Shown one piece after another: positions 39,808 through 51,400 of a DNA stretch of 64,000 nt (positions within the stretch are counted from its first letter, which is position 1; every line of letters begins with the position of its first letter). The translations under genes were made by a program, and so were the position numbers. The DNA comes from Spirochaetaceae bacterium (lineage in GTDB: Bacteria; Spirochaetota; Spirochaetia; DSM-2461): NCBI GenBank assembly GCA_965224705.1, contig OZ245056.1:1632001-1696000 (forward strand). The letters run 5' to 3'. The notes under the pieces were generated by a model, which worked only from the letters and a program-made list of their open reading frames with translations, was not told the origin of the DNA and made no database searches.

Positions 39808-41277
39808 CTAATCCTTTTTATGATGTTCAATTCTTCTATTGAAAGATTCAATCAGGACATCCAGCCTGTCCCGAACGGCATAAACACTCTCCCAGTAGTC
39901 CCTGTCGTACCATTGCCTGTTAATTTCTTCGTAAGTTTTTCCCTGCTGTTCCACCCAGGTGTAGTACTTCAAATTGTGGATGCGTTTCCGATCTTCATAC
40001 CGTAGTTCCAGCAGGGAATCTGTACCAATTTGCTGGAGCATTTCAAAATCTGCTACCGCATTGTCCCTTGTGTAGGCACCATTTTCTGCTTCAAGCTCTT
40101 TGAGTCTGGAAGAGTACAGTCCTCTGGAATCGGTGAATACAGTCATGACGAAGTCTTCCTCGGTGAGTTCGTAGTATCTGGCCAGCTTGATGGCGGTAAT
40201 CATGTTGCAGATTCCGCTTATACCCATTATATCCAGACGCGATACAAAATCTCTGGACAGGCCCTTCTCCAATAGATAATCCCGGCCTATCTTCTCGTTG
40301 AATAAACGAAGAAGCCTCATCGTATGTTCATCATCAACAGCAGCCACCATGTCTGTATTTCTGACATTGTGAATCCAGGGAACATGTTTGTCGCCGATGC
40401 CCTCAATTCGATGACCCCCGAAACCATTATTGAGCAGCGTAGGGCATTGCAGGGCTTCGCTCACCGCCAGTCTGGCTCCGGGGAAGACCTTCTTTAAATA
40501 CTCACCGCTGGCCGTGGTTCCGGCAGAACCCGATGAAACACAGGTGGCCGCAAAACGGTCGCGGGGGCCCATCAACTGCCGCAGAACCTTCTCCATGGCC
40601 CGGCCTGTCACTTCATGGTGCCACAGATGGTTGCCAAGCTGATCAAATTGATTGAAGATATAGAGATATTCACCCCGTTCAGCATCCAGTTCATGGCATT
40701 TATCAAAGATTTCCTTCACATTGCTTTCGCAGCCCGGTGTGGCAATGGTTTCATCAGCCATCTTTTCCAGCCATTCAAAGCGTTCCCTGGACATTTCCTC
40801 CGGCAGTATCGCAATCGATTTGCATCCAAGAAGCCGGGAAATATAGGCTCCTCCGCGGCAGTAGTTCCCTGTACTCGGCCACACCGCCATATTCCGGTCT
40901 GGATCGAACTGACCTGTCACCAGAGCAGGGGCCAGACAGCTGTAAGCCGCCCCCACCTTGTGAGAACCAGTGGGAAACCACTTGCCTTCCAGACCAACAA
41001 TTCTGGCCTTCACACCAGTTAGATCGGATGGAAGCTCAACATGATTCACACCGCTGTAACTACCCCCGACATCCTTCTGTTCATTTTCCCAGGAAACCCT
41101 GAAAAGATTATGACTGTGAACTTCATCCCGTCCGATTTTCGTCAGGGAAGTCTTTATATAATCCGGAATCAGGGCTGGATCAGCCATCTGCCTGTAGGTT
41201 GGCAGTACAATACCCTGTTCAGCACAGTATTCCGCATTCTTCTCAATCTGTTCTTCATTCAATGTCAAATCTATCAT
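39808..41277 (-). CDS. Fold-type II PLP-dependent enzyme of unknown substrate
   Basis: FPTGSHKVGA (PLP lysine), STGNY, SGSAGT and HRIEGIG. Confidence 0.85.
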   Translation of the reverse strand: MIDLTLNEEQIEKNAEYCAEQGIVLPTYRQMADPALIPDYIKTSLTKIGRDEVHSHNLFRVSWENEQKDVGGSYSGVNHVELPSDLTGVKARIVGLEGKWFPTGSHKVGAAYSCLAPALVTGQFDPDRNMAVWPSTGNYCRGGAYISRLLGCKSIAILPEEMSRERFEWLEKMADETIATPGCESNVKEIFDKCHELDAERGEYLYIFNQFDQLGNHLWHHEVTGRAMEKVLRQLMGPRDRFAATCVSSGSAGTTASGEYLKKVFPGARLAVSEALQCPTLLNNGFGGHRIEGIGDKHVPWIHNVRNTDMVAAVDDEHTMRLLRLFNEKIGRDYLLEKGLSRDFVSRLDIMGISGICNMITAIKLARYYELTEEDFVMTVFTDSRGLYSSRLKELEAENGAYTRDNAVADFEMLQQIGTDSLLELRYEDRKRIHNLKYYTWVEQQGKTYEEINRQWYDRDYWESVYAVRDRLDVLIESFNRRIEHHKKD

Positions 41278-42107
41278 TTTTCCTCCTCGATAACTGTTAA
41301 AAACTCGTCCAGGGAATTCAATGCTGCCTGCTTTCTATACTCAGCCGTAGACCTCTGGTCATCTATGGGTCTGATAACCTCAGAGGCGGCCTCCAGAATT
41401 GATTCTATATCCTCACCTTCGAGTACCATCTGCTCAGCCTTACTGAGTCGTATTGCTGTTGGAGCAACGGCTCCAAGGGCAAAGCGGAAATCCACTGTCT
41501 GTCCATTTTCCTCCCGCACGTAACCAGCCGCCGAGAGTTTCGAAAGGGCGTTGGCCCTGCGGGTTCCCACTTTCCTGTAGTATGTTGACCCCCTTCCCAG
41601 AATCGGGATATGAATTTCTGTAAGAATTTCATTGTCAGCCAGCACAGTGGAACCCGGTCCGGTAAAGAATTCCCCGACAGGGACAATACGTTCCCCCTGT
41701 GTGGACTTCAAAACGAAACTGGCCTCATGGACGAAGAGGGCGGGTAAACTGTCCCCGGCTGGTGAGGCATTGCAGATGTTTCCGCCCAGAGTTGCCCGGT
41801 TGCGGAGACCCGGGGACGCAATATCCAGCATTGAATTTCGCACCAGGGCTGGCAGAAGCTGGAAGTCAATGATTTCCGACATGGTTGCTGCTCCGCCAAT
41901 GCACAATTGAGAACCGGACAGAAAAATGCTCTTCATACTCTCAACGGCATCCAGAAACAGAACAGGTTCCTCAAAAAAAGGGCCGGTACCGGTGTACCCC
42001 CGCCGCTTCACCATCAAGTCTGTTCCGCCGGCAAAGAGCAATGCCCCTGTTTCCTCCCGGTAACTCAGGGCTTCATCCAATGAGACAGGCCGCAGGCTTT
42101 TTACCAT
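41274..42107 (-). CDS. xdhB: Xanthine dehydrogenase family FAD subunit
   Basis: Motifs AGGTDL, RNRATLGGNICNASPAGD and PIDDQRSTAEYR. Confidence 0.9.
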   Translation of the reverse strand: MVKSLRPVSLDEALSYREETGALLFAGGTDLMVKRRGYTGTGPFFEEPVLFLDAVESMKSIFLSGSQLCIGGAATMSEIIDFQLLPALVRNSMLDIASPGLRNRATLGGNICNASPAGDSLPALFVHEASFVLKSTQGERIVPVGEFFTGPGSTVLADNEILTEIHIPILGRGSTYYRKVGTRRANALSKLSAAGYVREENGQTVDFRFALGAVAPTAIRLSKAEQMVLEGEDIESILEAASEVIRPIDDQRSTAEYRKQAALNSLDEFLTVIEEEK

Positions 42108-42580
42108 TTCACCTTCTCCTCTACTGCCCTTTCGGCGGCAATCTTAACGCCGTCCACAATCATGTCATAGCCTGTACAACGGCAGATATTGCCGGAAAGT
42201 CCTTCCCGTATAAAGTCTTCCGAGGGCTGAGAATTCTTTTTAAGCAGACTCACAGCCGCCATAACCATGCCCGGTGTACAGAAACCGCATTGAGCCGAAT
42301 GGGCTTCTGTAAAGGACTGGACAATCAGTTGACCGGAAGGCAGGTTCTTCAGACCATCGATGGTCATTACACTGCCTCCATCACACTGATGAGCTGGAAC
42401 CAGGCAACTGTTCACCAGCTTGTTATTTAAAAAAACACTGCATGCACCGCATTCTCCTTCTCCGCAGCCTTCCTTGCTGCCCGTCAAACCCAGATCATCT
42501 CTGAGTATATCCAGAAGTCGCCGCACAGGCTGCACGGTCAGTGTATGCTTTTCTCCATTGACCTCAAAACTAAGTTCCAT
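42101..42580 (-). CDS. xdhC: Xanthine dehydrogenase family 2Fe-2S subunit
   Basis: Motifs GCGEGECGAC, QCGFCTPG and CRCTGY. Confidence 0.93.
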   Translation of the reverse strand: MELSFEVNGEKHTLTVQPVRRLLDILRDDLGLTGSKEGCGEGECGACSVFLNNKLVNSCLVPAHQCDGGSVMTIDGLKNLPSGQLIVQSFTEAHSAQCGFCTPGMVMAAVSLLKKNSQPSEDFIREGLSGNICRCTGYDMIVDGVKIAAERAVEEKVKW

Positions 42581-44705
42581 TCGTCATTACCTCCATCAGG
42601 TATTCAGGTGTTACAGGAATTTTCGGGCAATCCCGCCCTGTGGCCTGCTCCACAGCCGAGGCAAAGGCGGCATGTCCGCCATCATGCACCATTTCGCCCA
42701 TGCCCTTTGCTCCAAAGGGCCCAAATTCATAGGGATTGTCTATCGTGACCGCCTGGGTTCGTGGATAATCCAGAGCCGTAGGAATTATGTAATCGGCCAT
42801 AGTGGTCTGTTTGAAAGCTCCATCTCCATCCGTCTCAAGTTTCTCCAGGCAGGCATAGCCCAGGGCCTGACTCATGCCGCCCTGAATCTGGCCATCAACC
42901 ACCCGGCGGTCAATGGGGACGCCGACATCATACACGGCCCAGACACCCTCAACTGTGACTTCCCAGCTCACCGGATCCACCGAAACTTCAACAACATTCA
43001 CCCCCCAGCCAAAGGCTCCATAAGCATCACCCTTCAATTTCTCCTGGTTCCATTGAATGCCGGGGGGCAGGGTGTAGCGGGCATCAGTTTCCTGCCTTTC
43101 CCCATCTTTCCATATCTTCTTGAGTTTTGAGGCAGCCACCTGCAGGAGATAGCCAACAACCATCATTGTACGGCTGGCCACCGTTGGCCCTGAGTCAGGA
43201 ACACGGTCGGTATCCGGATTCTCATAAATTATCTCGTGGGGTGGGATGTCAAGAATTGTTCCCACAACTTTTCTCAGTGTCGTGGAAGGGCCCTGGCCCA
43301 TGTCTATATTGGCCACCAGAATTTCAACCCTGTTCTGCTCATCTTTCTGTAGTTTCACCTGCCCCTTGATGATCTTCTGCTCCCCATCACCGGTGAAACC
43401 GCAGCCGTGATTGAACATGGACATGCTGATGCCCCGATACGGTTCACTGTCATACCTTGCCCGTTTTTCATCATAGCCGGAAATTTCCCTTGCCTTGAGA
43501 ATGAGTTGATCCAGTATGACTGATTCCCGGACAGTTCCCCCGGTAATTGTAGAATCACCCTTGCGGAGCAGGTGTTTCTGCTTCAGTGCAAGGGGTTCCA
43601 TATTGAATGACCGGGCAGCCTTCTCCATGTGTTTTTCCAGTGCAAATATGGCCTGGGGCGCTCCGAATCCCCGAAATGCCCCGGATGGAACAGTGTTGGT
43701 GGCCAATGCCAGCCCATGCACACGGACGTTGGGAAAATTGTACACACCGTTGGAAGTGAAAATGGCCCGCTGCAGAACGATATTGGAATAGCTTTCATAG
43801 GCACCGCCATTGAGTGTAATCTCATAATCCATGGCCATTACCGATCCATCATCCCCGTGGGCTGTGCGGATACGGGTTTGTGATGGATGACGTTTCGAAG
43901 TCCATGCCATGTCTTCGGTACGGTCAAAAATCATTCTCAGAGGTTTACCGGTTTTGATGGCTGCCACAGCAAGAGGAACGCCCATAATTTCAGGATAATC
44001 TTCCTTGCCGCCAAATCCTCCGCCGGTAACAGACTGAATCACCCGTACCTTGTATTCTTTACCAAGAGCTTCTTCAAGGGAATGCTTCACATAGAACGGA
44101 CACTGGAGGGTCCCATGGATCACAACCTTGCTTCCCTCATCTTCCAGCCAGGCACAGAGTCCCTGAGGTTCCATGTAGAGCTGTTCCTGAAAACCAGTCT
44201 CATACACTCCTTCCACCACATGGGATGCCCTGGAAAAGACAGATTCCGCATCCCCTTTTTCAAGGTGAAGATCTGCGTAAACATTGTCCGTTCCATGGAT
44301 GGGTCCACCTTTCAGGGCCAGGGAATCTGCCAGAGTTACGGCGGTTTCCACTTCGTCGTAATCAACCTTAATCTGAGCAATCAGCCGGTCAACAACAAAA
44401 GGATCCGGTCCGGCCAGCACCAGAATGATCTGTCCCTTATATCGAATTTCCTTTTCAGCAAAAGCAGGCCAGTCCGTGGTTATCAGGGCAACGTGATTAT
44501 GGGCCGGAACATCCCTGTAATCCGTTACATAGTAACCATCCGGGATATCAGGCAGATGAATCTGCCTGATATATCCTCTTGAAAATGCCGATCTGTAGAA
44601 GCGTGCCGTCAGGAAGTCCTTCCGTGGAAAATCAGCGATGTACATCGCCTCTCCCGAACACTTTTCCTGACCATCCACACGGGGAATACTTGCACTGATA
44701 CTCAT
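42570..44705 (-). CDS. xdhA: Xanthine dehydrogenase family molybdopterin subunit
   Basis: Motifs GGGFGGK, AFRGFGAPQ, DMGQG, TVASR, GQIQGG and GAKGMGE. Confidence 0.9.
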   Translation of the reverse strand: MSISASIPRVDGQEKCSGEAMYIADFPRKDFLTARFYRSAFSRGYIRQIHLPDIPDGYYVTDYRDVPAHNHVALITTDWPAFAEKEIRYKGQIILVLAGPDPFVVDRLIAQIKVDYDEVETAVTLADSLALKGGPIHGTDNVYADLHLEKGDAESVFSRASHVVEGVYETGFQEQLYMEPQGLCAWLEDEGSKVVIHGTLQCPFYVKHSLEEALGKEYKVRVIQSVTGGGFGGKEDYPEIMGVPLAVAAIKTGKPLRMIFDRTEDMAWTSKRHPSQTRIRTAHGDDGSVMAMDYEITLNGGAYESYSNIVLQRAIFTSNGVYNFPNVRVHGLALATNTVPSGAFRGFGAPQAIFALEKHMEKAARSFNMEPLALKQKHLLRKGDSTITGGTVRESVILDQLILKAREISGYDEKRARYDSEPYRGISMSMFNHGCGFTGDGEQKIIKGQVKLQKDEQNRVEILVANIDMGQGPSTTLRKVVGTILDIPPHEIIYENPDTDRVPDSGPTVASRTMMVVGYLLQVAASKLKKIWKDGERQETDARYTLPPGIQWNQEKLKGDAYGAFGWGVNVVEVSVDPVSWEVTVEGVWAVYDVGVPIDRRVVDGQIQGGMSQALGYACLEKLETDGDGAFKQTTMADYIIPTALDYPRTQAVTIDNPYEFGPFGAKGMGEMVHDGGHAAFASAVEQATGRDCPKIPVTPEYLMEVMTNGT

Positions 44706-45844
44706 AGCTTCACTCCTTTACGGGCTGATGCAATGTCCTTCAGTCCATTACCGGTAAGCAGTATAACATACGTTGCCTTTTTGGGCAGGCGGTCCCTGAG
44801 TTTGATGAATCCAGCAGCCGCTGCGGCTCCGGCCGGTTCTGAGAAAAGTCCGGTACTGCGGGCAACTGTGTTCTGGGCATGAAGTATTTCATCATCGCTG
44901 ACGGTGAGTACTTCACCGCTGTGCCTCTGCAGCCGTTGAAGGGCAAAATACCCCCCCCTGGGAACATCCACCGATATGGAATCGGCGATTGTTTCTGCCC
45001 GAATAGGCTTTGTGAAAGCACCCTTCTGAATTGCTCTGGCAATGGCAGCAGAGCCCTCCGCCTGGACGGCCATGACGGTCGGTATTCTATCAATTTTCCC
45101 CTGGGCAAGAAGGTCTTCCAAACCCCTGTATACACCGCTGAGAATAACACCATCTCCAACGGAGACAAAAATGTAATCCGGGACACGATTTCCAAGCTGT
45201 TTGAATAACTCCAGGGATACGGTTTTCTTCCCCTCAATGGTGAGAGGATTGTGTGCGGTATTGCGCGAGAGACCACCATGCTTCGCCGCATATTTCATAG
45301 ACTGCTCATAGGCCTGATCATAACTGCCTTCAACCCGTATCAGGGTTGCCCCGTACTGGCAGGACTGAACTATTTTCGCCTCCGGTGCAGATTCAGGGAG
45401 GTAGAGGCGTACATTGAGGGAAGCGGCTGCCCCCACACCGGCCATGGAGGAACCGGCATTGCCCGTCGAGGCCACCACGATGTCTCTTATGCCGAATTTT
45501 CTGGCAAATGCCGCCACCAGATAACTGGCCCTGTCCTTGAATGATCCGGTAGGATTCATTCCATCGTCCTTGAGGTACAGATTCGGGAAACCGGTTTCCT
45601 GCTGGAGGTTTTCTCCCACCCACAATGGGGTGTTCCCCACGGGTATGGGCGGAAAAAAACTCTGCTCTACCGGCAGGAAATCGTAAACATCCCACTTCTC
45701 AGGTACCTTTGCGTCAAGTTCAAACTCCAGCAGCCCTCTCAGAGGTTCATCGGGTTTCTGCCGGGCGGAACAGGGATCGCACAGCATTCTGGCAGGGGTT
45801 GTTTCATAGGACTTTCCGCATTCGATACACCGCAAACCAAACAT
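44702..45844 (-). CDS. Threonine synthase-like PLP enzyme
   Basis: N-terminal CxxC...CxxC, GNTPL, NPTGSFKDR, ASTGNAG, EGKKT and LTGNGLKD. Likely start is ATG 45844. Confidence 0.85.
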   Translation of the reverse strand: MFGLRCIECGKSYETTPARMLCDPCSARQKPDEPLRGLLEFELDAKVPEKWDVYDFLPVEQSFFPPIPVGNTPLWVGENLQQETGFPNLYLKDDGMNPTGSFKDRASYLVAAFARKFGIRDIVVASTGNAGSSMAGVGAAASLNVRLYLPESAPEAKIVQSCQYGATLIRVEGSYDQAYEQSMKYAAKHGGLSRNTAHNPLTIEGKKTVSLELFKQLGNRVPDYIFVSVGDGVILSGVYRGLEDLLAQGKIDRIPTVMAVQAEGSAAIARAIQKGAFTKPIRAETIADSISVDVPRGGYFALQRLQRHSGEVLTVSDDEILHAQNTVARSTGLFSEPAGAAAAAGFIKLRDRLPKKATYVILLTGNGLKDIASARKGVKL

Positions 45845-45849
45845 TGGAA

Positions 45850-47070
45850 TCAGGAGCCGTCTTCCAGGGCATAGGGCAGCATGGCATAGAATGCGCTGCA
45901 CTTTTCAAGATCATCGACACGGGTTATTTCATTCGGAGCATGGGCCTGGTTTTCATCTCCCGGACCGAATCCGATAGCGGGGATTTTGTGTCGGCCGGTG
46001 GTGGCCACGAGATTGGTTGAAAATGTCCACTTATCGATTTCCGGAGTCCCGTTCCAGAGAGCCCTGTATCCTCTCACACCGGCCTGTACCAGATCGTGGG
46101 ATTCAGGCACCTTCCATGTCGGGAAATAGAGTTCCTGGCTGTAATCGGCATTCTTCCAGCCCCGTTTTTCATAGTCCGGCATGGTAACATCCACTGCGGA
46201 TTCATCTTCACCCAGAGCGTCGGAAACGGCCTTTTTCACCTGGGAAATGGCCAGATCAGCATCCTCACCCCAGGTGAGTCTCCTGTCCAGGTAGAGCATG
46301 GCCTGATCCGGAACCGCACATTGAGAAGGACCCTTTACATGAATTTGTGAGACAACAATGGTTCCTTTACCGAGGAAATTATCATCATCCGGCTGGAGCT
46401 GAGTGTTCAGATTTTCCAGGGCCAGGGCCGCCCGTGCCGCCTTATAGGCCGCACTGTCACCGCGTTCGGGGGCACTGCCGTGAGCAGAAAGGCCCTTCAG
46501 TCTCAGCACCATTTCCATTCTTCCCCGATGTCCCCGGTACAGCCGACAACTGGTTGGTTCTGTGGAGACCACATAGTCCGGCCTGAGTTTTTCTTCTTCT
46601 ATCAGGTATTTCCAGCACATTCCGTCACAGTCTTCCTCCATCACGGTAAAGACGAAATAAACACTGTACTGGCCATTGTAGCCCAGTTCCTTCAAAACTC
46701 GGCCAGCCGTTACCATGCTGGCCGCACCGCCTTTTTGATCGCTGGTGCCCCGGCCATGGACAAGGCCGCCGGAGATTTCACCGGAAAAAGGATCCCTGTT
46801 CCACTGGGAGGGATCCCCAATCTCCACCGTATCGATATGGGCATCAATGGCGATTTTCTTCGGGCCATGACCCACCCGGGTCACAAGGTTTCCCAATCCA
46901 TCAATTCTCACTTCATCAAATCCGTAACCCTCACACATTTCCTTCAGTTTATAGATAACTTCTTTTTCCTCACTTGAGTAAGATTTTATCTTTACGATGT
47001 CACTCAGTACACGGGCTGTGTCATCCCTGTACCGAGCCGCTTTTGACAGAATGTCATCACTGATTCTCAT
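45850..47070 (-). CDS. ygeY: YgeY-family M20 hydrolase
   Basis: Motifs DAHIDTV, GRGTSDQKGG, EEDCDG, GHRGRME, WTFSTN and AHAPNE. Confidence 0.92.
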   Translation of the reverse strand: MRISDDILSKAARYRDDTARVLSDIVKIKSYSSEEKEVIYKLKEMCEGYGFDEVRIDGLGNLVTRVGHGPKKIAIDAHIDTVEIGDPSQWNRDPFSGEISGGLVHGRGTSDQKGGAASMVTAGRVLKELGYNGQYSVYFVFTVMEEDCDGMCWKYLIEEEKLRPDYVVSTEPTSCRLYRGHRGRMEMVLRLKGLSAHGSAPERGDSAAYKAARAALALENLNTQLQPDDDNFLGKGTIVVSQIHVKGPSQCAVPDQAMLYLDRRLTWGEDADLAISQVKKAVSDALGEDESAVDVTMPDYEKRGWKNADYSQELYFPTWKVPESHDLVQAGVRGYRALWNGTPEIDKWTFSTNLVATTGRHKIPAIGFGPGDENQAHAPNEITRVDDLEKCSAFYAMLPYALEDGS

Positions 47071-47078
47071 TTTTTCTC

Positions 47079-48401
47079 CTATGCTTTTACTTTATTCATT
47101 CTATCCCAGAGTGCCAGACTCCGGTCGGCTGCATTCCTGTAGATTTCATCTGTCTCAAAAGGAAATACTCCATCCCTGTATACAAACTTCCCATCGATTA
47201 TCACGGATTCGACAATGGCAGAACCCATGCCGAAAACAAGATGCCCGGCCACATTCTCCGGCAGCAGTGCCGTGGGAGCCGGGTAATCGGCAATAACCAG
47301 ATCAGCCTTGTAGCCGGGTTTCAGTCTGCCGAATGAAGCCCCGAAGTTTCGTTCCAGAATCGTATTACCGGCCATCAAAGCCTTGAGGTAGTCGCCAGGC
47401 CACCAGGGACCACCGTTATTCTTATGGTTGAAATAGGCAAACTTCACTTCTTCAAACATGTCAGCCCCAATACCGTCTGTTCCAATGGCCAGATGGTTAA
47501 GCTCTGGAAGATGCTGACTGTAACCAACATTATTATTCATGTTCGACCGGGCATTGTGCACCAGAAAAGTATTCCTCTCATTGAGAAGTTCTATCTCAGA
47601 AGAATTGAGATAGACTCCATGCACCATCAGACTTTTCTCATTGACCAATCCAAACTCATCCAGACGTACAATTAAATCTTTGCCGTAATTGGCATGAGAG
47701 AACGAAACATCGTAGCGGTCTTCAGCAACATGAATGTGAAATCCCCGGCCGCTGCTTTCAACCACATCGCCAAGAAGTCTCAGTGACTCATCGCTCAGTG
47801 TAAATGGAGCATGACCACCGATATGAGCTTCAAACAAGCCCTGCCACTGACCCGATGCTTTTTCCCTGTCCAATGCCTCCGCAAATCGACGATTTTCCTC
47901 TACTCCGGCCAGCATTTCATCCCTGCCGTTCCGGTCTGTTACTTCATAGCAGCTCATGCCCCTCAACCCGCAGAATTCAAAGGCTTCCTTGAGTATGCTG
48001 AGCGATCCCTCGACACAGGACGGTGAGGCGTGATGGTCAATGACGGAAGTAGTTCCCGACCGTATTGCATCCAGGGAGCAGATTTGGGCCGATGCCTTCA
48101 GGCTTTCCTCATCCAGGGCACGATCAAGACGCCACCAGAGGTTTTTCAGAACCGAAGCAAAATCCGGTGTTGGACCTATGTTCGCCATAATTCCCCGGGC
48201 AAGCCCTGAATAGTAATGATGATGACTGCATACAAGGCCGGGGAAGAGCAGTTTTCCTCCCAGATCCACCACCCGGGCACCCGGCGCGGAAAGATTGCCG
48301 CCTACTTCCTTAATAATGTCATTCTCCACCAGAAGATCCATGGAATTCCTGACAGCAGGTGGATCCATATCAATCAGCGTTGCGTTTTTCAGTAGAATCA
48401 T
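47079..48401 (-). CDS. ssnA: Aminohydrolase SsnA
   Basis: Motifs CSHHHYYSGLARG, LWWRLDRALD, HAPFT and SNMNNNVG. Confidence 0.92.
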   Translation of the reverse strand: MILLKNATLIDMDPPAVRNSMDLLVENDIIKEVGGNLSAPGARVVDLGGKLLFPGLVCSHHHYYSGLARGIMANIGPTPDFASVLKNLWWRLDRALDEESLKASAQICSLDAIRSGTTSVIDHHASPSCVEGSLSILKEAFEFCGLRGMSCYEVTDRNGRDEMLAGVEENRRFAEALDREKASGQWQGLFEAHIGGHAPFTLSDESLRLLGDVVESSGRGFHIHVAEDRYDVSFSHANYGKDLIVRLDEFGLVNEKSLMVHGVYLNSSEIELLNERNTFLVHNARSNMNNNVGYSQHLPELNHLAIGTDGIGADMFEEVKFAYFNHKNNGGPWWPGDYLKALMAGNTILERNFGASFGRLKPGYKADLVIADYPAPTALLPENVAGHLVFGMGSAIVESVIIDGKFVYRDGVFPFETDEIYRNAADRSLALWDRMNKVKA

Positions 48402-51400
48402 ACGGCCACCCCCTCCGAATCCATTGGAGCAAAAAGTTCCGGTCTGGATTCCTTGAGAATTGAGTACAGTCTCATAAACGCCCTGAGATCCCCGTCCTCT
48501 TTGGGGTCAGGGTCAACCATGATTTCACCTTTGAATCGGATATGAAGCTTGCCGCTGTCCAGCAGCCAGCCGGGATTCTCACTGTTTTCAAAATCCTTCA
48601 TGGAATTGAACACCGTCGGCTTGTCAACATAGGGCCGTCCTTCCCAGGGACAGTAACGGCCGCAGTCTCCACATTCATTGCAGTAAGCGTCAATGTGAAC
48701 AATTTCAAATGGATTGTTAAACATGGGTTCCTTCTGAACCGGGACGGCAATATTGGATCGATTCGGGCAGACATCAACGCATTTATTACAAATATAATTA
48801 CATTCCAAACATCGATTTAATTCTGTAGATCCGAATACCGAAACACTGTACCCGGAGCGGGTATCCGGCCTGGCCGACACCTCTCCTTTCTTGCTTCCTA
48901 TCTGCTTCTTCTGCTCGACGGGATCCATGAACGGAATTTTTTCAGTTCGATTCCATGAGGGGTTTTCTTTCCGGCAGATGACATCGGCGGCACTTCGGCC
49001 CTCATTGATGCACTGAACAATGGTGGAGGTTCCCGTGCGGCCGTCGCCAATGAGGAACACATTGGTCAGCTCCGTTTCGCCTCCTTCAAATGTTTGTACT
49101 CTGGCGCTGCGGTCAGGTTTCAATCCCACCTCCTTCAATAGATTCTCATCGGGATCATCGCCGATGGCGTACACTATGCTGTCAACCTGCAGAGTTTCGG
49201 TTTTGTCGGTGGGAACCGGCCGCCGTCTGCCGGAAGAATCTTTCTCACCGAGTTCCATCACCCGAAGTGTGAGAGTACCATCCGGGGTAAATCTCTCCGG
49301 ATTGCGAAGCCAGTGGAAATCAACATTATCTTCCAGGGCCGATTGATACTCCTCTCGGCTGGCCGGCATCTGACGGAAGGCCCTCCTGTAGACTATGGTC
49401 GCCTTCTCCGTTCCCGGACAGCGGATGGAGCTTCTGGCACAGTCCATTGCCGTATCCCCGGCACCGATAACCACAACATGTTTTCCCATGTTCAGCGTTG
49501 AGGAATCCCTGTTAAACTGAGCCAGGAAGGGAACAGAAGGGTGTATGTTGGCATTGCCTCCTTCAAGAATGAAGTCTCTTGTCTGGTAGGTTCCTATGCC
49601 CAGAAGGATGTATTCAAATCCCTGACTTCTCAGGGTATCAATATCAATGTTCTCCGGCGCATTGAACTCAAATTGAACACCTTGATCCTTGATGAAATCA
49701 ACATCACTGCTGATGGCTTCTCTTGGAATTCTGAAGTGAGGGACAACGTAGCGCACCACACCGCCGGCATCCTCTTCTCTCTCAAAGACTGTTACGGGAA
49801 AGCCCTCCCTGGCCAGAAAAAAAGCTGCTGATAACCCGGCCGGCCCGGCACCCACAACGGCGACTTTTTTGTTTTGTGTAACCTCAGGTTTCACCCAGCT
49901 CTGACGATACTCATCCATACCGTTCAGAACAGCGGCCTTCTTTACCTCCCTGATATTGATGCAGCCATCGTAATCCAGCCTTGTACACACGAGTTGGCAT
50001 TGATGATCGCAGATATGCCCTGTTATAGATGGGAGGGCATTCCTTTCATAGATGCATTCCATGGCATCGCGGTAGCGGCCTTCCCCAACGAGGCGGATGT
50101 ATTCAGGAATGTGCTGACCAATGGCACAGGCGGAGATGCAGGGAGCCTCATAGCAGTCGAAGAGGGGCAGGGGGGCTGGAGTGGCCGCCTCATCCTCGCC
50201 GCGGTAATCCTTTGCAAGCGTTTTATCGGTCAGGGAATCCCTGGCCAGTTGACTCAATGCCTTCACATCAATTTTTGGATAGTCCCAGCTTGCCAGATTA
50301 TCCAGTTTTTGAGCCATCTGTACCTGACGCAGATAACCACCGGGTTTGAGCAGGTCTGTGGCCAGGGTGATGGGACGAATACCCGTTTTGAATACCGCCT
50401 CCACATTGTGGATTGATATTCCGCCGGAAAAAGATATGGGAAGATCGCCGTCAAAATGTGTTGAAAGTTTATCCGCTATGCCAATCGATAGGGGGAACAG
50501 GGCTCGGCCTGAAAGGTACATTTCCTTATCCGGCAGAGCATTTCTGTTATTGATGACCGCCAGGGTGTTGGTCAGTTTTACACCAAAAACAAGACCTGAG
50601 TCTCTGGCTGTTTTGCGAAGTCTGGAGAGGATGTCCAATGCGTCAGGATATTGAAGATCGTGCTTGAAGCCTTCCGCATTTAACTGGACATACCCATAAC
50701 CAAGATTCGTCAATATATCCTGAACGGTATCAAGGCCCAGAAGGGTTGGATTGAGTTTCACATAAGTATCCAGTTTCCGCTCGGTCAGCATGTAATGACA
50801 GATGGATTCAATTTCCTCCGGCGGACAGCCATGCATGGTGGAGAGGGTCACTGAATGACATATTTTGCTGCTGATACGCTCAATGGCCTCAGGAATTTTT
50901 ACCGCCTTGTGTTCCAGACCCGTCCCCTTCAGCATGGCAGGTAATTCTCGGGCAGCATCGCCCAGCCACTGTTGAAAGAGCGGTTCTTCCGAGCAATCCG
51001 TCAGCCGATCGAGATACTCCTGCATCCGGTCGGTTTTAATGCCCTTCATGTCGTAGCCAACGCTCATGTTAAACACAAAAGATCGTGTTTCATCGGCTGG
51101 TTTCATATCAAAAATCTCTTCAAGAAGATGAAGGGCAATCCATGCCCGGGCATATTCCCGCCATGCTTCTTCAAGTGACAGCTCTGTGGACCACTCCGTA
51201 TTGTATCCCTCATCATAGATGTCGATACAGGGTTTATCGATTTCCAGAGCATCAAGAATCTGAACTGTTTTCAATTCAATGAATCGGCTTCCGGTAAGGT
51301 AGGAAGCCACAATGTTCTGGGCAAGCTGGGTATGGGGTCCTGCTGCCGGACCGAGAACCGTACCGCAGTTATCGCCCAGAATGTTGATCTTCCGCTCATC